Positions 38,201 to 51,433 of a stretch of 64,000 nucleotides of DNA are shown here, in pieces. The position numbers were made by a program, and so were the translations under genes. Each line of letters starts with the position of its first letter. Position 1 is the first letter of the stretch. The DNA is from Saccostrea echinata (lineage: Eukaryota): assembly GCF_033153115.1 (NCBI RefSeq), contig NW_026889785.1:3844001-3908000 (forward strand). The letters run 5' to 3'. Under the pieces are notes generated by a model. That model saw only the letters and a program-made list of their open reading frames with translations, was not told where the DNA came from and searched no databases.

Positions 38201-39565
38201 TTGATTTTGGATAGCTACCATCTAAACAAATTTTATTTTTCGAAAAGAAGTTGGATTGTCTGTAATAGTTAAGCAGTTAATGTTTCATTCATAACTTAGC
38301 ATACTTTAATTTTACCTCTATAACTTGTTTGGTGACATTATGCGGCACATTTGATGTGTTCCGACGAGAAGGCACACCTAATCTTTTCAGTCGCTTACCT
38401 ATAGCATTGACTCTGTTAAGTAAAATACACACTATTAAAAATAAACAAACAAATAAACAAATAAACAAACAAAACCCAATACAGTGTATAACCAAAATTT
38501 GTAATAAATTTATTATTGATAAACAAAATATAAAAATCTCAAACATCTTATCTTATGTCTTTGTTTTTAAATTTCTGAAACAATTTTGATATTTCTTTAT
38601 ATGTAAAACCTTTGCTATTTAACACCAGAAGAGCATCTGCATCTAGAAATGAAAAATGAGGCAAATTTACTCCAGTATTTAAAAAAACTTAGAGTTTTCT
38701 AAGGAACGCATGTGTCGCCTGCTTTTCTTTAAATAAAAAAAGAAGAGGAAAACTGCGAAAGAGTCTGTCATTCAAAAAATGATTACCAAATCTCAAATAG
38801 ATGAACCTAAAAGTTGAAATCATTACAAATAATTTATCAACACCCGCCACTCAAAATTCTAAAGCCTTATTTTAAATTAGATTGCCCGGGGTATTCTTTG
38901 TACAGTAGGTCAAAGGTCAAGTAAATTTTCATAATGTTTTACGACAATCAGTGCACATGCAAAAAAGCAAAGAATTGCCCCTTAAATGTCAAAATTATGC
39001 TGTAAATTGGCACTTTTAACTTTTTAGTAAAGTAGGTCAAAGGTCAAGGGTCAGTCAAGAGTCACAAGGTCGTTAGCCATGGGCATGGCAATTTTCAAAT
39101 GCCATAGTGCCAGCAATAAATGTGCTAAATGTCAAGTCCATATCTCTTACAGTTCTTGAGATACAAGGTGTGACAGACGGACAGACAGATCGACAGACGC
39201 CGGGTAAAGTGATACGGGTAAACCTTGCAAAAATATCACTAAGATTCGATATATATGTTGACAATGTGAACCCAGAATATATATACCTATAGGCGTCAGA
39301 TGCAAATAGAAAGGGGTGGCTTAAGCACCAAAAACAAACGTTTAGGGCGTTAGGTCCAAATTTTTAATTAATTATGTCTCGATATCTTGCTTTGCAAAAA
39401 AGTTGAGGGGGAGGCTAAGCTCCCCCCTTCTGCCTCCCTCCCCGTTCCGACGCCTATGATACATATATGTTTATATAATGCTATATACATATAAAAGCTT
39501 ACCACTTTTGTAACATAGTTCCTCCATTTTTTGTTTCTTTCTTCCTTGGTAATATCCATGGTCAT
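35237..39565 (-). pseudogene. Multi-exon integrase-core DDE transposase (IS3/IS481-related, IS3EU-type)
   Basis: Spliced reading: ...VNAIGKRLKRLGV (~38315-38412) | CGYRSLTSILRRKGYAVQR (~37988-38069) | DVVMKLLRELDPEG...GPNQIWHVDG (~36835-36958) | YDKLKPYEFAIHG(C)IDG (~36689-36738, 1-nt deletion) | YSRKLMWLQVGPSNNDP | CPLNLQADPGTEN...SVFNQ | RIEAWWS | CLRYCFMPVLQLEL...EWNTHFI...PNGRPD | ...LRNM*. D-D-E = HVDG / QADPGTEN / NQRIE. Confidence 0.9.
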
Positions 39566-39683
39566 ATATTCTTAATAAAATTTCGAGGCTGGGAAATTAA
39601 ATGATCGCCTTTTTTACGATCTATTTGACCTCTTGCAAACGGCCCCCACTGTTTTCAAACGCTATAGATTTTTTTTATGTACT

Positions 39684-39907
39684 ACAAAGAATTTTAATGC
39701 GAGTTAAGTGTAAACTGCCAACGGTGAAAACGAAGTCAGATCACACATTACTAGCAGTATGAGTGCGAAAACTGATCTGAAATTTTGGTGTGAACGTTGT
39801 ACACTTTACAAAAGCTATAAGAAAGCAGACAACGTAACGTGTACAAAACGCTGTCACTTTACACTTAATTTAACTGTAGAGTGTCATGGCTGATATCGGC
39901 CATCGTA
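39684..39907 (-). repeat. Right TIR (224 bp)
   Basis: ACAAAGAATTTTAATGCGAGTTAAGTGTAAACTGCCA...GGCTGATATCGGCCATCGTA is the reverse complement of the left end. Confidence 0.95.
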
Positions 39908-40554
39908 GGTAAGTGTTCATAACAGTAACGGAAAGTCTCGGTCTTAACAGATGAACTAATTCGTACAAGTATTATTCTTATTATGATGTATACACTTCAG
40001 AATGTAACAAAACGCATAAATGATAAATATATATAATAGGATAAGGCCAGATATCTGGATATGAGAATAAAACGATTTTCTGAGCACGTTGCACTAGGCC
40101 TACTAAAGTACCTTAGTGTTTTTTTTTTCAAATTAATTTTTAATGAGAAGAACAAATCAAGTTACAATAATACGATAATTTAAGTGAATATGTGTTAAAT
40201 AATTAATTTGAAAATTGTTTGTATTTTTTTTTTATTTAATAAAACACAGTGCTGGCTGCAGACATATCAGACCCCCCTTCTCCTTCTCATGTTTATTATC
40301 AATGCAAGATGCTCGCTCCTGCTGTTGACCATCACATGTGTTCACTTTGATTTATTTCGTACTAATAAATTACAAAATATTTGACAGAGTAGTGTAAAAT
40401 TTGGTTAAGAGATAAATTGAGGACGGGTGTTGGTGCAGCCTCACCGTCATTTTCGCCATTTTATATCGCATGTACGCTTTACAAAGACAAAAGAAAAGAG
40501 TACTTGAACTAAGTGAGGTTATGTCAATCCGTTATTGATTTGAAGGCTTCAAAT

Positions 40555-42860
40555 ACAAGAGGCCCAAGGACCTTAACGGTCACCTGAGTATAATACAACA
40601 CTAAAGGATCCATGGAAGTATAAACCAAAATTAACTGATAGACGAAGCAGTGTTGCCCAAGAATTTCAAACATAGGTAATCAAAGTTTACGAAGCTCACC
40701 TCGACAAATGTTATCTATAAGTAAGGCAAATCTCACATCATATTTTTTTCTAGTTGGTGTACATCCATAGATCAATATCCATGCAAGTTTGGTTTAAGAA
40801 GGACTTATAGTTACTTGGAAAAAAACCTGCTCCAAAAACTTTAACCTGGTCACTCATCTGGAAAATCTAGGTCAGATCCAGCATCCGAAGCAAGTGTGGT
40901 AGTGTCCATCCCTAGATGCATCGTCCATGCAAGGTTGGTCCAGGTAGGGTTTATAGTTACTTGGGAATGGACTTGCTCCTAAAACTTTAACCAGGACGCC
41001 GACATCGAGGGTATAGCATGAGCTCATCTCGACTTCGTTGAAGTGAGCTAAAAATCTGGTAAAAATACTCTTCCTTGTAACGTGCTAGACCCGATTGATC
41101 TCCTTTGGATCATACTTGGTTTTCCCAAGTCTTACAGGGATGATAATGAATGCAAAATATACAAATACAAAGGACACTTGCCTATTGTGTAAGCTATTCA
41201 ATATATTCAGATATGTTTTTGTACTTGCCTAGTGCTACAATTCAGTACATGCAAAGACTTGGGTATATACAACGTGGTTATTTGCCACTTGTCACTAATT
41301 ACAATAAGTCAACCTGGCTCTCTGTGATTCTTTGTTCACTTTGATTAAGTATAAAACAACATCCACTCTCTTGTCAACCATGACTCTTCTACCAGTGGCA
41401 CTAACTTAGACCACCACAGTGTAAACATACTGTATACAATTACAACTTTTGCTAAATATATAAATAATCTTTATATCAATCTTTTATACTGCTTTCCAGG
41501 CAAGAATCTGACTTTGAGTATATTTTGCTCATTTAAACCAAATATTCATTTTTATTTTGTTTCTATGTATATATAACATTCTTTCTTGTATTCTCATTCA
41601 ATCAAATAACCTGTTAATTAAATTATATACAAGGACTTCTTGATTAACAATATTAAGTAAAGGGGAGTAACTCTCATTTGCTTCACATCACAATTGTGTA
41701 CTCTGCCTCCTAGATACCCACAAACAAAGAAAAGACACATTTACTTAAAATTATATTTAATACATGTATTTACATTGATACTATTGCATTTAGCTTGTTT
41801 GCTTAGTACTCAGGGACAGAAGAGAAGTTTTTCAAAGCATTAATGCATTTTGCTAATTAATGAATAAACCCCAACCAAGCTCAAGAACCCATGACCCAGG
41901 GGCCATGAAATTCAAAATTTCGGAAGAGGCATCCTTTCTCATCATAACTATGTTTACAGTTTGTTTAATTAATACCATGGGGCAGAGGAGAAGATTTTAT
42001 AAGCATTAATTTATTTTCAGTATATAATAAATAAGCCCCCCCCCCCATGGAACCCCTGACCCAGGAGCCATGGAATTCACAATTTTGGAAGAGGCACTCT
42101 TGCTCATCATAACTATGTACTTAGTTCATCAGCTTAATACCCAGGAGCAGAGTATATTTTCAAAGCATTAATTTATTTTCAGTATATAGAAATAAGCCCC
42201 CCCCCCCCATGGAACCCCTCACCCAGGGGCCATGAAATTAACAATTTCGGAAGAGACACTCTTGCTCATCATAAATATGTACTTAATTCATCGGCTTAAT
42301 ACCCAGGAGCAGAGGAGAAGATTTTCAAAGAATCAATGCATTTTCACTATATATTCATCCCTAACACCAGAACCCCTGACCCAGGGGCCATGAAATTCAT
42401 AATTTTGGAAGAGGCACTCTTGCTCAACATTACTATGTACTTAATACATTGCTTAATACCCAGGAGCAGAGGAGAAGATTTTCAAAGAATTAATGCATTT
42501 TCACTATATAATCATTGGAGCCCCGCCCTAGCACCAGAACCCCTGACCCTGCATGAATTTCACAATTTTGGTAGAGGGCTCAATGCTTATTACAATCATG
42601 CCAACAGTTTGACTGCTGAATGTCCAGGAGTAAACAAGATTTTTAAAGATAGCGTTAATTCTGATGGTGGCAGGGGCCATGAATTTCACAATTTTTACTC
42701 CCCTTCACCCATAGATGCTATATGCCAAAATTGGTCGAAATTGGTTCAGTGGTTCCAGAGAAGAAGCTAAAAAAGTTCAAAAGTTTACGACCGATTGACG
42801 ACGAACGACGACAGTTGAAAACAGATAGCAATAGGTCACCTGACTCAGGTGACCTAATAA
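40555..42860 (+). mobile_element. Apparently complete Helentron-type non-autonomous element carrying a Cg170-like ~166-bp tandem array
   Basis: Start ACAAGAGGCCCAAGGACCTTAACGGTCACCTGAG; about 5 satellite units at ~41810-42720; GACGACGAACGACGAC microsatellite; terminal hairpin TAGGTCACCTGA-C-TCAGGTGACCTA at 42832-42856. A second element end (...GAAGTGAGCTAAAAA) is nested at ~41053. Confidence 0.85.
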
Positions 42861-43530
42861 AAGGTAAATGTAAAACATCATTTTGTTTTAAGAAATATGT
42901 AGATAAATAGAAGGTGAAAAGGGGAGTCCTGTAGAAGTGTTTAATCTATATATCCATACTCGTACAAAATAATTCAGTTGGGGGGGGCATACATTTTTAG
43001 TTTAGACTGGCACTACCAAGCAAAAAAGTTCTCGGACGTAGTTATGGGGGAGGGGGGGGGGCACTTAATAGATATGCTTTTTTAAGGGGGGTTAGGAAAC
43101 TTCATGGAATTCCTATTGGACATGAATAATTAAATCCCAAGCTCCAGTCAAAAATTCAACTTCTTCAGCCGCATACCAAATACCCCTTAGAAAAAATAAC
43201 CATGTTCTGCAGCATGTATTGATTTATGTACATATGCATTCATCAATTGACTACTTCAAAGTATTAAACGTACATGTGGATACCTATAGTAACATTGATG
43301 AAAGGTTTTTCAAGGTATCAGAGTAAGGGTGTTTTTGAGAATGTTTGTACCCAATACAAACTTGTACGTGTAATTGATTAATCTAAATAATTCTTTATAT
43401 GTACACTAACTGCGCTTTGATAAATACAACTTATAAAATGTCCCAGAAAGATTAATTTTTATCTCAAATTCTGTTGTAAAACTGAATACAGTGAAAAAAA
43501 TTAGTTTTATTCGAACATTCAATGTTTTAG

Positions 43531-44483
43531 CACAAGAGAACAGAATTTACACCAGAACAAGTGAGGATGCTGGAGGAGGCCTATGGACAGGGCACGAAAA
43601 TAGGAAAAGCCTGGTTAGATGCTCTTCAGGAATTGACAGCGAAATTAAACAGAACTTCAAGTAAAGGTTGTTTCCTTGTCCATTTAGGCTTTAAATTTGT
43701 TTTTAAATTAATAGTCTTGATACATGTATGTATTTGCCTCAGATTGATCAAAAGCTCTGGGTAAATAATCCATGTACTTTACAATAACAGAAGTACATGA
43801 TATTATAATTAATATTATATGTATAATTTGTGGTGTTTTATTTTTTCATATACAATGTATATACAAAGAATATCGACTGGGAAATTACCACAAGTCCAAA
43901 AGTAGACGAGGTAAATCATGCCTAAGGAAGACTCTCCCAGCAGTAAAGCCAACTGCTTATTCCTGATTTTGTAAGGAATACTCCAAGGGTATGATTGGAC
44001 TTTTTTTAACCCCCCTTTTAAAAAAATTTTTCTAATGAATTATATTTCAGACTGAAAATTATAGAAAAATGTACATTTTTAATCCAATAACCAATCCGGT
44101 TTTGATGTAGTTATGTGAAAATTCCCTTTTTTGTTAAAAAAAATTATTTTATTATACCTTCATTTCCTTTTTTATAACATGTATGCCTGCATACATTCAT
44201 ACATATAATTATTAACTCTTTTTTAAGTTTTGAAGTAAGAAAATAATTTTACATTATCATGATTATGTTCCAGTTTCACTTGAAAAATACACAAATTTGC
44301 AGATCGTCCTGGCTTTAATCCATCGATACAAAAAATGGAGTGGGAGGCAGTTGGAAAATAGGAGAAAGAGAGGTATGCGAAGATGGCGAAGGAGATGGCA
44401 GAAGAGGGGGTAGTGGTCCAACACATGATCCCACTAGTCATCAGAAGACAATAAAAACTCTCTTAAAGCAACTGGAATGGATT
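43531..44483 (+). pseudogene. Homeodomain-like plus HMG-box gene relic (3 exons)
   Basis: After a TTTTAG acceptor: HKRTEFTPEQVRMLEEAY...LQELTAKLN. Next exon: YRLGNYHKSK...KPTAYS*FCKEYSK|GTATG. Next exon: MEWEAVGK*EKERYAKMAKEM. Confidence 0.5.
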
Positions 44484-44764
44484 GTAAGTAGCTTAGATTT
44501 TGATATTTATATTTTTAGAGGAGACTTTTTTTTTTTTAACCAATTATTCATGTTAACCTAAACATATTTGCCTCTACTACTGTGGATTAATAATGTTTTA
44601 TGAAGGATAAATATTCATGGATTTCATTTTTTGCCTACAAATTTACATATTCACAAGCGACAGCTTACGATGTATCATTACACTACAATGAATGTTTTGT
44701 AAATATGAAATCATTAGGTCCCCCAAATCCAGTTCAATTTTGGTTGTCTATGTTGAAAAGAGAC

Positions 44765-44900
44765 TATTTATCTGCCTCCGCTTGGGATTGAACCAGGGGG
44801 GCCTCTGGCATGCCGGTCCAGTGCTCTACCGATTTGAGCTAATTTAAAGGATTAACCCACTAGTCCAAGCTAGTAGGATGCCATGTATCTGACACTACCG
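44765..44900 (-). repeat. tRNA-like repeat fragment (SINE-like head)
   Basis: The reverse complement contains TAGCTCAAATCGGTAGAGCACTGGACCGGCATGCCAGAGG...GGTTCAATCCC. Confidence 0.5.
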
Positions 44901-46289
44901 CATGTGAACACCATCCACCACAAATTAAAATGATTTTCCTTTATAACAGTTTTATTCAAGTTTTTTTTTATCACAAATAATGTAAACAAATGAATTTAAA
45001 ATTAGTAAATATTATATTCAAAATGCATGCATGAAATAAGGTATGCATTGTCTGTGTATATTTTAACTCACCAAAAACAAACTTCTTTCCTGCATAAAAG
45101 CAGGCAGTATTTTTATAGAAATAGGAGGAAACTTGTAGAAAAGATTTTGATTAAATGAAGTATTCAATTTTTCTCCAGCGAATATTTTGGTTGGTATAAA
45201 CATAATTTCAGCTAGGTAAAAATATCAGGTTCAAGCAGAGTTTGAAAGGCCTATTTATTATAAATGTCATATTTACGATGTCATTTAATGAATGATTATC
45301 ATTTTTGTTGAAAAGAATCTGTTTTTATATTATCTATCATGAAAATTATAAGTACCAGGTATTTGCAGTCATCTTGAGTGTTCAGACCAAAAAATGCTGA
45401 TTTCTTTATTTTTGGTTGAGTCTTCATTTAATCAAACTCATTTTTAATATTGTAAAATGATTTATATCTGTAGAGTACTGAGTAGACGATCGGCTTGTCC
45501 AATTTCGCTTTGGTGAATAAAATACTGTCCACAGTGTTAGAACAAGGTGGGGTCGAGAATTCCTTGATTGTGAGGATATTGAACCAAATTTCAGCCGATT
45601 TCGTAATCAAGGTCTATAAATTAATATTGGTTTATGCGTCAACTTTTGTAATAATTTATAAGAAATATGTGCCATACGGCCTCGGTTAATTGACAAAAAT
45701 ATAAATATCCGAGTTTTACTCTTATTTATGCATGCACGTAATCATGTATATAATCATGGGATAGCACTTTTAACGGAAATAGAAACACCATTTGAAAGAT
45801 GAATATTTTTGGGGGTAGGCCTGTCATGGTGAAGTCCATTTTCCATTGAAATTTGCTCCACGCAGTTGTCCCACTGTTAAACCTTAAACAGCCTTAAAAC
45901 TATACCAACGAAAGAGGGTATATTTTACCCCTTTGGCATATCATAGTACTTTATTAAGTATACATATCTATAGAGAGAAGGAGAAAAATGTAACCCACTG
46001 TGCTCAAATGTTGTGTTTAAAACATTTCAAAATGTTGTTGGCCTTTCCCATTTTGAATTTAAAAGATCAAGGAAACTATTTTTTAAATCAAAAATAAATT
46101 CACGTGCTTAAATACGTGCACAGCTTTATTGCCAAGGTTACCAGACAATCCTGAAATAAATAAAGAGGAAAACGAGGAATTTGTTAAACCTGATGTAAAT
46201 AAGACATTTGAAATATATTTCATAGATTCAAATTCAGTACGCTAGTTGCGAACTTGAAAGACTAGACCTACCTTTCAAAATAAACTTGA

Positions 46290-46750
46290 AATTTTGAAGG
46301 AAGAGAAGTCCCACCTCAGGGAACCCTTGACCCTGGGGCCACACATTTCAAATTGATAGAAGAGGCACTCTTGCTCATCGTAACTACTCAGTTTGTTTCT
46401 TTAATATCAAGGAGCAGAGGAGAAGATATTTAAATCATTAATGCATTTTCGCTTTATAATCAAAAGAGCCCCATCCACAGACCCTGGGACCACAATTTAA
46501 GAAGAGGCACCCTTGCTCATCATAACCTTGTACAAAGTTCATTGTTTAATACAGGGGATCATTTCCAAAGAATAAATGTATTTTCACTATATAATCAGTA
46601 GTGCCCCAACCTGACACCAGAACCCTGACCCAGGGGCCATAAAATTCACAGTCTTGCAAATGGCATCCTTCCTTATCAAAACTATAATCTTAGTCCATCG
46701 GTAAAATACTCAGAAGAAAAGAAGATTTAAAAAAAGTATTGATTTTACTA
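46290..46750 (+). repeat. Degenerate Cg170-like satellite units (about 3)
   Basis: CCCTGACCCAGGGGCCAT...AGAGGCAC(T/C)CTTGCTCATC...GGAGCAGAGGAGAAGAT motifs, as in 41810-42720. Confidence 0.8.
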
Positions 46751-47172
46751 TGTAGTCACACATTTCAATAAGGCAATCCAAAGTACAAGACACATCACAC
46801 CTATCGTGGATTCATGATTTAAATGGAGCCAAGATATTCTCAAAACTGGACATGGGTGCATGATACTGTGACCGTGTGAAATGAACAGATTTTGAGTGAC
46901 AATTATTTTCTTTGATATAGTGCTAATAATAACATAATTATATATAGACCTTGACCGCAAGACATTTGATGCCACCTGTACCTGAGTTAACATGTTAATT
47001 ATTATTCAATTATATCAATGATGTCATTTATGTCCTTCTGCCCAGAGTTACTCGGCTTTGTAATTACTTCTTGCATTGTTCTTATAAATTGGTAGTTTAA
47101 TACAAGATCTTCAGTTGGAAACTAGACCTTGCACTGTCCACGCCGACTTCCAGATCGTGTAGAAATCGCCAA

Positions 47173-47825
47173 CGCAGTACAGTTAAGGCTACACATGAAG
47201 ATAATATGGTAATGAGGTCATAATGAGGTTTGACGTCATGACAGTTGCTCCGCCTTGATAGATCCATATAAGGAAATAGAGCTCAAATAAGCTATTTAAT
47301 GATGATTGCAAGAATATGTATTGAATGTCTGTATTTTCAGGTTTAAAAAAATTAACATTACTGATTTTCTCTTATATAGTAACAACACGTCTTCGAAATA
47401 ATTCTCTTTTTATTGTGTCGTTTGGCTGCATTCGGCTTCAGCCAAGCGCTTGCACTCGGTGACACGGAGACACGGAATGCTGTTTACATCTAAAAACGTG
47501 GCGACAGCAGCTGAGATACGCAGTGGATAAATGCAACAATCAGGCAATCTTTAAAGAGAATAGGGATAAAATAAGAGACCTGGGCCTTGTTTATCTTTTT
47601 GATGAGAAGATGATGACGTTATATCGGGAAATCATGGAAAACTGAGACGATCCGCACTACCTCCCTAGGTCCCTTTCTGTTCATTAAGGTGTGTATCAGT
47701 ATGTGCATAGGTATTAACATGTAGACATACTATTCTTTACATCGATGTAAAATAACCTTGAACATGTACAATAAGATGTATTGTTACAGTCCGTCACAAA
47801 CTGCAATGCAGTGCCTTGTGTGTAA

Positions 47826-47856
<31 letters not shown>

Positions 47857-50800
47857 ACAAACACAAAAACACACACATTATGAAAGTTGCACACTTTTAA
47901 ATATGCAATGATGTTGTCCTTTGGCATACATGTACAAACATGTAACATAATATAAACACAGCACGCCATGATATTAAATAGTATAATTTAGATGCAGTCA
48001 CACTTACAGTGTATTTGTGAAGTCAAACTGCACAGTGTACAATGTATGTGCACTGTACATACAAGAGTATAAGACCCTATTTATTTTAATTTATACCTCT
48101 GGCAATCAAAAATATGTGAATTTTAAGATTTCAGTTTTTACCAGTGCTTCATATTTTAAATTCATCATAGCACTTTTACTATCTATATCACTAGGCTGTA
48201 GATTAATTTGTAGAATTTCTACATTAATGAAGATAAAATGTTTGAATTTTCATTTGTGTGACTACATGTACATTAAGTCAGTCTAATATGTATATACATG
48301 TATTTATGTACTGTTTATATGTATAATTCTTTTGTCATTGTAGCTATCACAGAACTGGTTAAAACTGGCATTTACATCAGCTAGAACTATCAAAATAGAT
48401 GCATCAATTTCTCCACTGGGTATGATCACACTAAAGCATTTCACATTAATTTTAATATTCTGCCAGTGTTAAATATTTTTTTTAAATGTTGTATAGGTGA
48501 AAGAATTAAATGTTATCTCTAGTATATTGATTTTTTTTTTTTTACTTAAATTAAGTATAGCTACCAATTCTACTTTTGCAAATGTCATAGGTTTCAATTT
48601 CCCAGAAAAGTTTTGTATCAAAAGTTTGTTTCCATTTATTTTTTGAATTTCAGAAAATACAGTATAGCATGGTTTGTTTTGTACAATGCAATGTCATTTC
48701 ATTCTACAATAGTAATCATTATGTTTTTCACTCATTACATATATATTGTGTTGTAGCTACTCCCAAACAATTTGAACAATGCATTCAGGCAGCAAGTGTT
48801 TCCACCAATAAAATAAAAAGGTATGCTCCATATAAGCTCTAAACCATACATATTCCTAGCAAGATTATTGAAATGTTTTGATAATAAAAACAGTAGCGTC
48901 ATGTATATGCTTTCCATGTTTCTCAATGCATTGTTTTGAGTATCACTTTTTTAAAACACCAGTGAACCTTCCGTAATGGTATTTCATTTTGTTTTCAGAA
49001 TTGATTTCATCCAGAAGAAATGTTTGAACTGTGGACTGTTTGAAATATTTTGCACCTGCTCAGAAATCCCTTCACAGCTTGTCTTTGAATTTGAAAGGCT
49101 GTTTTTAATTAAATAAATTTTCTAGATAACTAATACTTTGAATTTTTAACAGTACAATGGTGTGAAAGTTTGAAGGCTGTTAAGATTTGAGTATCTTTAC
49201 TTGCATGTTTTCTGACAGGTGCGTAGCTGCTTATACGCAAATACGCAGGTGCGAACACATCGTTTACAAATCTAAAAAAATGGGGGGGGGGGGGGGGGGG
49301 AGGAGGGAGAGATTTGTGAGAAGAGAAAAAATATCAATACCATCCAGCAAATATTTGTGTTTAAAATTATTTTATCTCATACTGTTTCGATTCAAATTCA
49401 AATTCTATATTACCATATCTTTATAAAAAAAAAATTAAAAAAAAATTGTAATGTTTGATTAAATCATTGCCAAAACCAAATAAAACATTCATTAATTTGT
49501 AATTCTTCTACAACACATTGATAATTTATTTTAAGATCTTTGAGAAAATATCAACCGTTGAATGCTGTGATCAACTAGAATATAATTTGAAATATTATTT
49601 TTGTTAAAAATTGAAATTATTAATTATATTGGTTGCCGAAAGATGATACCAATATATCTTTTAAAAAAATATTCAGGCTCTACATGTACAATAAATTTGC
49701 ACGGAAGTATTTAACTTTGTGTTAAAAACAATATTACTATGTCTTGTATTTTCTAAAGAAAATCGAAATGGCATGATTTTGAATGAAATATTTGGTAAAA
49801 ACCATGAGCTTCCTGGGACTTCGCCCCTGTACCCTCATCTGGACCCACTGGGGGTCTCAAAGCGGACCCCAGCCGTTCTCTGCGTACATTTCACGTCCAT
49901 TCTGGTATGCGCCTCTGTGTTTTGGGGTACAACAAGATCTAAATTTCAGCATGTATATTGTGTTCACCTGTTCTTTAACAGAGTATCTGTTTCTGTATTA
50001 CAAAGTTTTTACTATGATTATCTTGTTTGCGCATTGATTGATAATTACTCAAAAACATGAGACTAAAGCCCCCCCCCCCCCCCCCCCCACGCCGGTATGA
50101 TTTGTGCTACAACACCCAAATAAGTAAAACCTGATATAAACACTGTTGTTTAATAATTTATTTTTAACATGCCAGTAAGTATATAGTATCAAAGGACCCA
50201 GAGGCAAACTGGTTGGGGGGGGGGGGGGGTTAGATCTGTAGAAAGGAAAACAGGTTATTAAATACAGGAGTAAGCACCCCAATCCCTTCCTTCTGTTCTT
50301 AAAACTTTCAACGTAGTCTAGAATCCATAAACAGTTGAAGGTTTGATAACTAAAATAATCACATATGAAAAAAAAAACAAAAAACAAAAAACAAACTAAG
50401 TTCTGTTGGAGATATTTTTTCTGTGTGTCTACTGAGGAAGAATAAATGTTTTATCATTGATAGGGGTTGTCTATTTTTTATTTTTATTACAAATGACTGA
50501 ATCTTTCAATATTTTTAACCATGGGCATTTTCCAATTTATTTACATGATGGATGTTGCGGCAAATTTTAGGCGAACGGAGGAAATACGGTAGGTGTCAAA
50601 TACGTCTTGTGTAGCGTATAAAAGAACGAAGATATACAAAACAAAGTAAAGTCAAAGATTTTTTTATGCATACCGTTTTGATTTAGTGAAATAAAGCCCA
50701 GCGCAGTCCGTAGGTATTTGTTTTAAATTTGCGAGGTACATAAACTCTACTAAGTACCACAGAGTTATCTCCCATGCTGGGTCAATGATGCGTTTGAAAA

Positions 50801-51368
50801 CTATATTTAGAATGAATGTGTTAATATTTCAATTTTTAATCAAAAAGTGCAAGGGCAAGGCGACAATCCAAGAGGTAGGTTTTTATTTTAAATTCTTTAT
50901 TTTGCTGTATAGTTTTTAAAAAGTGATGCTCATTTCTTTGTAATTCATTAGGCAATTTAAAATTTCCGATTAAATGATGAAAAATACCCTATTTTTGAAT
51001 ACTGGTGTTTGTTTTCAATGAATAACTTAAATATCTCAGAAATCTGACTGAATGAGCATTAGTTTTTCGATAGGATAGATACCAAGGGACACAATGAAAC
51101 CTTGTGCAGTTCAAATATTGTTTGCCTTGCCCTTGCACTTTTTGGTTAAATTTGACATTTCATATTTTGACCTTAAATCGGAGCTCACGTGACTTTAGAG
51201 GGTCACATGATGACAAAAAATACCGATGTGAAAAGCGATGGACAAACTCTTCATAAAGCCATTAAGATATTTCAGATAGAGTTTCATGCTAAAAAATAAG
51301 ACGGTTGAACTTTAAGTGTCTCGTTTTTGGTGCCTTTTTATAGAAAATGTTGCCTTAACTGTACTGCG
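47173..51368. mobile_element. 4.2-kb non-coding DNA-transposon-like insertion (possibly Kolobok-type, TTAA|GG...CC|TTAA)
   Basis: Perfect 17-bp inverted ends CGCAGTACAGTTAAGGC / GCCTTAACTGTACTGCG interrupt the LTR. There is an internal inverted pair AAAAAGTGCAAGGGCAAGGC (~50842) / GCCTTGCCCTTGCACTTTTT (~51124). Confidence 0.75.
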
Positions 51369-51433
51369 AAGTTTTGGATCGTTATTAAATTATTAAACGA
51401 AGTACCGACTTGTGTATTTCTACCGGTCATATT

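Larger units (their letters stand above)
23864..39907. mobile_element. IS3EU-like DNA transposon (~16 kb) encoding a DDE transposase and a HECT E3 ligase
   Basis: Long TIRs with termini TACGATGGCC...GGCCATCGTA enclose two convergent spliced genes. No TSD is retained (AAGAAT vs GGTAAG). Confidence 0.85.

Noticed and set aside
42336-42770. 144-aa ORF, and similar ORFs at 20818, 20987 and 12273
   Set aside because: These are chance translations of Cg170-like satellite units.
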